Under the pieces are notes generated by a model. It worked only from the letters and a program-made list of their open reading frames with translations. It made no database searches and was not told the origin of the DNA. Position numbers and translations under genes: made by a program. Below are positions 26,048 through 32,939 of a stretch of 32,939 bases of DNA, piece by piece. How positions within the stretch are numbered: the first letter of the stretch is position 1; every line of letters starts with the position of its first letter. Location of the stretch: the sequence record SRR20825006_20. One strand, given 5' to 3'.

Positions 26048-28743
26048 GTTTACAAGAACACATATCGCTATCAAAGAATACAAGCACTCAGGATGATCTT
26101 GATTTTGAATTTTTACGCAAAAGCGGAATTGCCTATATAGAATCTCTAAGTAGCAAATTATGGACAGACTATAACAGCCACGATCCCGGGATAACTATTC
26201 TCGAAGTATTGTGCTACGCACTTACCGATCTTGGTCAACGCATGAGCCTTCCTATTGAAACGCTTATCGCCAACAAACAAGAAGATAGCATTGATCAGTT
26301 TCATAAAGCTTCAGACATTTTAAGCTGTAAGCCGGTAACGCATTTAGATTACAGAAAACTTTTTATAGACGTTCCGGGAGTGCGAAATGCCTGGTTAATA
26401 AAGCATAACAAGAAACTTTATATCAATACAAAAGATGCCAAATTAAATTACCGAAGCTTTCTAAAAAATCCGTCTTATTCATATTTAAAGCCTCAAGATG
26501 AACATACAACGATACTGAATGGATTATATGATCTCATTGTTGATCTTGATGGTACCCGCTCTATAAATAGCCTGAGACCTGAACTAATGAAGCGCTACCA
26601 AGCCAACCGCAATTTATGTGAAGACCTTATTCATATCACGGAGGTTGGGGAACATCCCGTTAAAATTTGCGCCCAACTAGAACTGAAACCTGAAGCTGAT
26701 GAAAATCTCGTAAAAGCAACTGTATTACAAACGATTGATCATTACCTAACGCCTTCAATACGTCCCAAAACCTTAGCTCAATTGCTTGAATTAGGTCTAG
26801 AAACCCAAGAGATTTTTAACGGACCACTATTAGAAAATGGTTTTTTAGATAGCAATGAGGTAAAAGCAGCTCAATTAAGAACCGAAGTACGTCAAAGCGA
26901 TCTAGTCGCAATACTTACAAAAATAGATGGAATTAAATATGTTAAGGCCATAAGTTTAGGCGCTTGTTCTGACCAAACACCTCCTCCTGATAATTGGGTT
27001 ATTTGTATTGAAAACGGTAAAAAACCGGTGCTATGCGATAAAAGTTCGTGGAGCTTTTTTAAAGGTTTTATACCGCTTGTACCTGATGAAAATAAAGTAA
27101 AAGCATATCAAACCGCATTTGAAGAACAGGAACTCCTTGTGAGTACCCAAATCAAAAGTGCTTCTCAAGAGTTAGACATACTAAAAGAAAGTTTTACCAA
27201 CCTTGCCGAAACCAGCAGTATTCAAAATGATCTTCCAGAGGTTTATGGTGTAGGCCCTTACGGACTCAAAAGCAATGCTTCTGAAGCTGATGAGGTAAAG
27301 GCTAAGCAACTAAAGGCCTATCTATTATTCTTCGATCAGCTTTTGGCTAATTATTTTAAACACCTTAGTACCGTAGGTGATTTACTTTCGGTTGCTGGTG
27401 ATAAATCTCAAAACTTTTTTGCTCAACCTCTTACAGATATAAAAGGTCTTGAGGAACTTTTAAGGGAACCTCAAAATTATAACGATGAGCAAAAATTAAG
27501 CGAACTATTCTATTCAGATTATACTGCTAGAAACAGTGAAAAGCGCCACGAAATAATTGACCATTTGTTGTCTCGATTTGCAGAAGATTTTGGTAACTAC
27601 GCTTTTCTAATGCAAAAGATCTATGGAGATCTTGCAAATGATGCGGTTTTAGATACCAAAGAACGTTTGTTAAAGCAATATGCTGAAAGTAGTTATGCGC
27701 GAGGAGCAGCTTTTAACTGGTATCAGCAACCGGAAGCTCAACTTTGGGAAACTGATAATATTTCGGCTTTACAAAAACGGCTCTATCTTCTATTAGGAAT
27801 TACTGACATCAACCGCAGAAATCTTTCTGAAGATTACGTTGAAATTTATGAGGAAAAAGACGCTGATAACAAACTAGAATATCGCTGGCGAATAAAAGAC
27901 GGTTCAAAGACCATTCTGTCTTCTGCAACCAAGAATTACGCGAGTCTTGAAGCATTGCACCAAGAGTTAATACTGGTAAAACGCTATGCTACCGATACTT
28001 CTAATTACAAGTTCAGAAAAATCAAAAAAAAGAATCCTGAAGATCAGGTTAAATGGTATTTCGTTCTTGTGAATCCAACGATCACCAATACAAAAAGCGA
28101 AGATTATATTATCGCCTGGCGTATTGCTCAATTTAACAGTAGAGCAAATGCTCGTAAAGCAAGTAGAGCTGTGCTCAATCTAGTCAAATCCTTTGCAGGA
28201 AATGAAGGAATGTATCTTATTGAACACATACTTCTTCGACCTGATGTTACTAAAAATACAGCACCAGAACATACGTTTCTACCCATTTGTAAAGAACAGA
28301 TTGAAGAAGCATGTGAACCGTTAGACCCCTATAGCTTTAGAGTGAGCATTGTACTTCCGGGTTGGACAGAACGCTTTGGCAATGTAGACTTTAGACGCTA
28401 TGTTGAAGATTTGATCTGCAGAGAACTGCCGTCACATATTCTTCCAAAAATATGCTGGATTGGGTATCCAAAAAATTATACCGAATCTAACGGCAATCCA
28501 CCTAAAGAAAATGAAATGGTTTTACTTGAAGCTGCGTATAAAAACTGGCTGCTTTCTAAGACCAACGCCGGTCAAAAACAAGATGAAACCGCTCTTATTT
28601 CCCTAAATAAAGTGCTAAGCAGTTTGCACACCATTTACCATCAAGGCAGGCTTTACAGCTGTACCCCTTCTCCATCAAATACCAATGAGCAAAAAACTAA
28701 TCAAAAAGTCATTTTGGGGCGTACTCATCTTGGCAAACTTTAA
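26041..28743 (+). CDS. Second baseplate protein (Afp12-like) with an internal YegP/DUF1508-like region
   Basis: WTDYNSHDPGITILEVLCYALTDL, YRKLFID.PGVRNAW, RNLCED, QLKAYLLFFDQLLANY, EGMYLIEHILLRP, DPYSFRVSIVLPGW..RF, ELPSHI...ICW. Confidence 0.88.
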   Translation: MLGLQEHISLSKNTSTQDDLDFEFLRKSGIAYIESLSSKLWTDYNSHDPGITILEVLCYALTDLGQRMSLPIETLIANKQEDSIDQFHKASDILSCKPVTHLDYRKLFIDVPGVRNAWLIKHNKKLYINTKDAKLNYRSFLKNPSYSYLKPQDEHTTILNGLYDLIVDLDGTRSINSLRPELMKRYQANRNLCEDLIHITEVGEHPVKICAQLELKPEADENLVKATVLQTIDHYLTPSIRPKTLAQLLELGLETQEIFNGPLLENGFLDSNEVKAAQLRTEVRQSDLVAILTKIDGIKYVKAISLGACSDQTPPPDNWVICIENGKKPVLCDKSSWSFFKGFIPLVPDENKVKAYQTAFEEQELLVSTQIKSASQELDILKESFTNLAETSSIQNDLPEVYGVGPYGLKSNASEADEVKAKQLKAYLLFFDQLLANYFKHLSTVGDLLSVAGDKSQNFFAQPLTDIKGLEELLREPQNYNDEQKLSELFYSDYTARNSEKRHEIIDHLLSRFAEDFGNYAFLMQKIYGDLANDAVLDTKERLLKQYAESSYARGAAFNWYQQPEAQLWETDNISALQKRLYLLLGITDINRRNLSEDYVEIYEEKDADNKLEYRWRIKDGSKTILSSATKNYASLEALHQELILVKRYATDTSNYKFRKIKKKNPEDQVKWYFVLVNPTITNTKSEDYIIAWRIAQFNSRANARKASRAVLNLVKSFAGNEGMYLIEHILLRPDVTKNTAPEHTFLPICKEQIEEACEPLDPYSFRVSIVLPGWTERFGNVDFRRYVEDLICRELPSHILPKICWIGYPKNYTESNGNPPKENEMVLLEAAYKNWLLSKTNAGQKQDETALISLNKVLSSLHTIYHQGRLYSCTPSPSNTNEQKTNQKVILGRTHLGKL

Positions 28744-28754
28744 AATATACGGCT

Positions 28755-31700
28755 ATGCGACCAATACTTCACCAGATAACGCCAGACTATAGAGCATTTG
28801 TAGATGACCAAGTATTAACCTCTGGTCAGCTAAATGAGTTTTTAGACTATTTTGAAGATCAGCAGCGTCTGACGCGTATTTGCCTCAACGGTGTGGGGAT
28901 CGTTTGTGGATTTGAAGTCAGTTTGAATGCGGCTACAAAAACTATTGCGATCACTCCCGGGTGTGGCATTACCACAGATGGTGATCTTATTAAATTACTT
29001 GTGGACGCAAAGAAAACCCCAACCGATGATGAAAGCACGCAGAACCTTACCTATAAGACTTTAGCCAAAGAGGCTATTCACTACACTCACTTTAGAAGTT
29101 TTGAGGATGATTTAGCGCAATATGAATCTTTTAGAACAACCTCTTCAAATAGTGATACTAATACGACCATTTCTTTATACGAACTTGTCTCAAAAGGGAG
29201 CTCAAAAACTACAGATAAAGCTTTAACGACATTAGATCTTACTGATAAAATTGTGGTGCTCTATCTAGAATCTTATGCAAAAACTCCAGATATATGTACC
29301 GAAACTAATTGCGATAATCTTGGGGAGCAACACGTACAAAAACTAAAGGTTTTATTAGTCGAAGAAAAGGACATCGACTATTTGCTGGCAAATGATAGTA
29401 TTTATCGCAAATATGACATCCTTGACGTTTATAAGAAGCTTCCGCCTATTAAGATGCCTCGCGTGTTGTTAAATAGCGGCGTCAAAGAGATTGAAACACC
29501 CTTGAAAGTTGACTTAAGCGATCTTTTTGATCTTACCAATATTAGAAAGAACCTGATAATTTCTAATAACACACTTTCACCTCTCAAAAACAGTTTCTCT
29601 TCAGTAAAAACTCCTGTACTTGATATAGGATATAACTCTTTAAGAGCACCAAATACGTCTATTAAGAACTTTACCCCTATTCTTAATTCAAATACAAAAA
29701 CTACCGTCAATACTAAAACCTATTCAGCATTGGTTAGCTCCTATGCAGAAAAAATAAACACGGTAGTACCTCAGTTACAATCCGCACTGAAAACGATCTC
29801 AGACAACTTTAGTCAGCTTTTGAGCTTGAATATTTCAGAAGATTTAGAACAAAGTATTAAAGCACTTGAAAATCATTTGGAACAAAATAATGGGGATATA
29901 CAATACCTCTACGATCACCTCTGTGATCTCGTAAAAATCTATAATGAATTAAGAGACCTGCTTCTTGATATTCAAAGTGATTGTTGCCCAAGTATAGACG
30001 CGTTCCCAAAACATTTGATTCTGGGGAGACCAAATGATACATCTCGCAGCATACCGTACCGACATCGCTTCTACACTTCAACCACAGAAATAACAGGAAA
30101 GCTTCCTCTTAAAAAAGCGCACTTTTTAGTGCGTAAAATGCTATTGCTTTTAAAAGCATTCAATCCGGAAACACAGCTAGGTGCAGACATCACACCATCT
30201 ACGAGCATCAGTGCAGAAAACGCAGCTTGTGCAATTCCATTTTATTATAATCCATCAGAAGATTTGGTATTACAGTGGAATTTTAAACTCACGCAACGTT
30301 TTAACGAAGCCTTTCAGTTAAGCTATTTCAAGAAATACTTATCGCCCATTAATGCCATTCAGGAACCACTTAAGTATGACTTGAGCAACTATGATTTTCT
30401 AAGGATTGAAGGAATTCACGGTATGCCTTATGATGAAGCTTTAAAAGAAGTATCAAAGCTGAAAACCGATTACGGTCTTAATTTTGACATTAAAGCGATC
30501 AATATTGATCAACAAATTGAAGATATTGATATGGACGCTTATGCATGTCATTTTAATTATCTCAATACTGATCTTAAAGCTTGGCGTCAGGAACAAAATT
30601 GTATCAATAAAGATATTACGGAGTTCTTTAGCGGATTTAATATGGATGATCTGGGCAGTCATAATTATGCTTTTGAACAATTTGACCGTGATGATTTATT
30701 AGATAAAGAGGTACTTATAGATCCGAATAAGATCAAAAAACCAACAGATTTTTTATTCTCAAATAATCAGTTATCCATTTTAGGAAAGCTCAATATCAAC
30801 GCCGATTCGTTAGCTGAACGGGATAAGAGCGATCGTGAACCTTTAATCGCATTATTAGATAAAGCACAAAACAGTATCGCCGAAGGAGCTTCTATTGAAG
30901 AAGTATTGAAAGAATATCAAACTTCGTTTCTGGTTTTAGGTGAGAAACTTGAAGTTTTAAATACTTCTCAACCTAAATTGTATACAAAATCATTTTCTAT
31001 TAGCAAGAATGAGCCTGAGGTTGTAAAATCTATACTTCTTGACGCTCAGAAAGAAACTGAAACTTCTCCAGGAATCTTACTCAATACCGGGATTAAAGCT
31101 TACACCCCGTTCTTTCAGGAAACCAAAGTAAACACCACGGTAACAAATAATTTAAAAACTGAAGCAACAGATCTCGGTTTTATACTAAATAGTGTTTTAG
31201 ACAAAGGGTTTGTAGGCAGTGCTACCGAAATAGAAAAGGCTATAGATATCAAACGAAAAGAGCTATATCCTAAAATAGATCCTGAGCAACAAAACTTATT
31301 GAAAGTAGGTTTTACAATTCCTAACGGAATTCTCGCCAGATTACAAATTGTAAGTTCATATATCCCGGAAAGTTTAGACCAAGTAAACGCGGACACAAAA
31401 GAAAAATACGCCGCTGCGATGGAAGATTTATGTGTGTATACTAAAAAATCAAGAGCCATCATCAATGAAATTTTTTACAACCCAAAAGCTGAATACACCC
31501 ACATTGGTTATGAGACGCTATATACATTTATGTTAGACCGGCTCGAAGCAAATTGCTGCGCCGCATCTTCTTTAGAAATTATTCTGAGTGAAATTCAGAC
31601 CAAAAAAGAAGAAATTCTTGACGAACTTATTTTCTCAAACTTTGCTAGAAAACATCCGGGTCTTGAGCATAAAGCCGGCGTTCCAATCGGTGGGACCTTT

Positions 31701-32939
31701 GTGATGGTTTACACGGGAGCGGTAAGCAATGAATCAGATAAAGAAATACCTCGAAATACAGTAGTTGCCGATTTTGCTCTGCCTTACCTCTGCTGTTCAG
31801 ATTGTTCTCCTATTGGCTTTATAATTCAGGAAGCAGCGACCAGCAGCAGCCTAATCCTAGACCAGAATAAAGTATGCATAGACACCAATGCTGAAACTGA
31901 AATAAAGATTGGTTTTACTAAAAGTCCTACAGATGGTGTTTTAGCACTACTCAATCAAAATATTGAAGGGATTAGCTTTTCTGAAACGGAGCTTATCATT
32001 ACTCCGTACCAGCTTAATGCCTTTGATACGCCTATTAAATTTACAGTAAATGGTCAGTTGACCACAGCGAATCTAACAGCAACTAAAAAGGCGGAAGCTC
32101 GCATAACTACAAATCCGGAGCGCGTGAGTGGCCTACCGGGAAGCACGCTTCCCCCGGTGCAATTTTCCATAGAAAACCTGAATAATTTTAATACTGATCT
32201 GTTTAGTTTCAATTGGACAATTAACGGTACTTCTTATACTAACGAACGCCCAACGGTGAATCTGCCTATTCCGCAGAATATTGATAGTAACATTCTTGAA
32301 ATACCGGTTACTCTGACATTGTCTAACGATTTGTGCGATTCAACTTCTATTGAATATCCCTTAGAAGTTGCTGTAGACACTCCCGAAGAAGTACAGGTAA
32401 TTCTTAAGGACGGACCATTTTGTTCTAACGACCAAGAAAAATATCCTTTTACTATTACACCAGAAGGAAGCGAGATCAAACTTTTAAATGATGATGTGAA
32501 GGGAATTTACGGTGAGGGTGATTCTTGGTATTTTATTCCTGCTGAAGCAGGTCCTGGAAAGCACAACATAACTTTTGCTGAAGTTGATCCCATAACTATT
32601 GAAGTGTCTAAGGCTCCCGAAACGGTACGTTTTGAAGCTGAGTTACATAACAAAGTAATGGTATTACAAATCACTGAGGACATTCAGGCGGAAGCATTCA
32701 GTTGGTTTAATGACGCCAAACTCATTGCAACTACGGTAGAACCTGTTTTAGAAATTCCGCAAGAGGAAAAAGAACAATTATTCAAAATACAAGTAGTTGT
32801 CAAAACTTCAGCTTGTGGCTCTCTTGAGTCTGAATATGAAGAAGTTATAATTCCGGCGTTGGAAACAGACAGCCCGGATCCTGATCCTACTCCAGACCCT
32901 ACACCTGAACCTGATCCAGAAACTGATCCAGAAACTGAT
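28755..32939 (+). CDS. Very large eCIS protein (>1395 aa, partial), probable tail fibre (Afp13/Alg19-like); absent from the ORF track
   Basis: ATG at 28755, 11 nt after the baseplate gene: MRPILHQITPDYRAFVDDQVLTSGQLNEFLDYFEDQQRLTRICLNGVGIVCGF. The same frame gives FARKHPGLEHKAGVPIGGTFVMVY and VADFALPYLCCSDC near 31640-31810 and is still open at the window end. The frame was spot-checked, and the track shows no stop-terminated ORF in it. Confidence 0.85.
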   Translation, partial: MRPILHQITPDYRAFVDDQVLTSGQLNEFLDYFEDQQRLTRICLNGVGIVCGFEVSLNAATKTIAITPGCGITTDGDLIKLLVDAKKTPTDDESTQNLTYKTLAKEAIHYTHFRSFEDDLAQYESFRTTSSNSDTNTTISLYELVSKGSSKTTDKALTTLDLTDKIVVLYLESYAKTPDICTETNCDNLGEQHVQKLKVLLVEEKDIDYLLANDSIYRKYDILDVYKKLPPIKMPRVLLNSGVKEIETPLKVDLSDLFDLTNIRKNLIISNNTLSPLKNSFSSVKTPVLDIGYNSLRAPNTSIKNFTPILNSNTKTTVNTKTYSALVSSYAEKINTVVPQLQSALKTISDNFSQLLSLNISEDLEQSIKALENHLEQNNGDIQYLYDHLCDLVKIYNELRDLLLDIQSDCCPSIDAFPKHLILGRPNDTSRSIPYRHRFYTSTTEITGKLPLKKAHFLVRKMLLLLKAFNPETQLGADITPSTSISAENAACAIPFYYNPSEDLVLQWNFKLTQRFNEAFQLSYFKKYLSPINAIQEPLKYDLSNYDFLRIEGIHGMPYDEALKEVSKLKTDYGLNFDIKAINIDQQIEDIDMDAYACHFNYLNTDLKAWRQEQNCINKDITEFFSGFNMDDLGSHNYAFEQFDRDDLLDKEVLIDPNKIKKPTDFLFSNNQLSILGKLNINADSLAERDKSDREPLIALLDKAQNSIAEGASIEEVLKEYQTSFLVLGEKLEVLNTSQPKLYTKSFSISKNEPEVVKSILLDAQKETETSPGILLNTGIKAYTPFFQETKVNTTVTNNLKTEATDLGFILNSVLDKGFVGSATEIEKAIDIKRKELYPKIDPEQQNLLKVGFTIPNGILARLQIVSSYIPESLDQVNADTKEKYAAAMEDLCVYTKKSRAIINEIFYNPKAEYTHIGYETLYTFMLDRLEANCCAASSLEIILSEIQTKKEEILDELIFSNFARKHPGLEHKAGVPIGGTFVMVYTGAVSNESDKEIPRNTVVADFALPYLCCSDCSPIGFIIQEAATSSSLILDQNKVCIDTNAETEIKIGFTKSPTDGVLALLNQNIEGISFSETELIITPYQLNAFDTPIKFTVNGQLTTANLTATKKAEARITTNPERVSGLPGSTLPPVQFSIENLNNFNTDLFSFNWTINGTSYTNERPTVNLPIPQNIDSNILEIPVTLTLSNDLCDSTSIEYPLEVAVDTPEEVQVILKDGPFCSNDQEKYPFTITPEGSEIKLLNDDVKGIYGEGDSWYFIPAEAGPGKHNITFAEVDPITIEVSKAPETVRFEAELHNKVMVLQITEDIQAEAFSWFNDAKLIATTVEPVLEIPQEEKEQLFKIQVVVKTSACGSLESEYEEVIIPALETDSPDPDPTPDPTPEPDPETDPETD
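32874..32939 (+). repeat. Coding low-complexity tandem repeat (PDPDPTPDPTPEPDPETDPETD)
   Basis: Degenerate 12-nt period; exact CTGATCCAGAAA x2 plus a partial copy at 32911-32939. Confidence 0.85.

Larger units (their letters stand above)
15293..32939 (+). other. Extracellular contractile injection system (eCIS; Afp/PVC/AlgoCIS-like) gene cluster, truncated by the window end
   Basis: Co-oriented, tightly packed cap, sheath, two tubes, LysM, VgrG, PAAR, gp25, baseplate and fibre-like genes; no head or packaging genes. Confidence 0.92.

Noticed and set aside
29429-32479. Short ORFs listed in the track across 29.4-32.5 kb
   Set aside because: They are antisense or off-frame shadows of the large + strand ORF starting at 28755.
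15293-32939. Prophage interpretation of the tail genes
   Set aside because: No capsid, portal, terminase, integrase, replication or lysis genes are seen. The DUF4255-like cap, two tubes, LysM, PAAR and Afp11/12-like pair fit an eCIS.
15293-32939. Bacteroidota T6SS-iii interpretation
   Set aside because: Single phage-type sheath instead of TssB/TssC, gp19-type tubes, and no recognisable TssK, TssN/O/P or ClpV in the window.
1-32939. CRISPR array, tRNA, rRNA, IS elements or att sites flanking the eCIS
   Set aside because: No regularly spaced repeats, structural RNA signatures, transposase/integrase ORFs or flanking direct repeats were seen by eye.

Overview
AT-rich Bacteroidota DNA, most consistent with Flavobacteriaceae (TAnnTTTG -7 promoter boxes, many lipoproteins, Bacteroidota-type gene families). 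1-12.4 kb is ordinary chromosome: glycogen synthase, MscS channel, yebC, Crp/Fnr regulator, PabB/TrpE-family synthase, CsbD, lipoproteins, smpB, a DUF5686-type outer-membrane protein and DinB. 12.4-15.1 kb (- strand) is a four-gene signalling cassette: unknown lipoprotein, multi-TM membrane protein, sensor-less HisKA_3 kinase, NarL/LuxR response regulator. It is transcribed divergently, across a ~200-bp intergenic region with two palindromes and a -7 box, from a >17.6-kb + strand operon (15293 to window end) encoding an extracellular contractile injection system (eCIS; Afp/PVC/AlgoCIS-like). That operon encodes a cap, probable cap adaptor, one sheath, two tubes, a 53-aa plug-like ORF missing from the ORF track, a LysM tube initiator, VgrG spike, PAAR, gp25, two baseplate proteins, and a >1395-aa fibre-like ORF (also missing from the track) that runs off the window in a Pro/Asp/Glu/Thr repeat. 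No capsid, terminase, integrase, T6SS membrane complex, AAA+ ATPase, tape measure, effector or lysis gene is recognisable in the window. The most promising novelty is the possible control of an eCIS by an uncharacterised lipoprotein/receptor/two-component module. Family assignments come from motif recognition and gene order, not from database searches.
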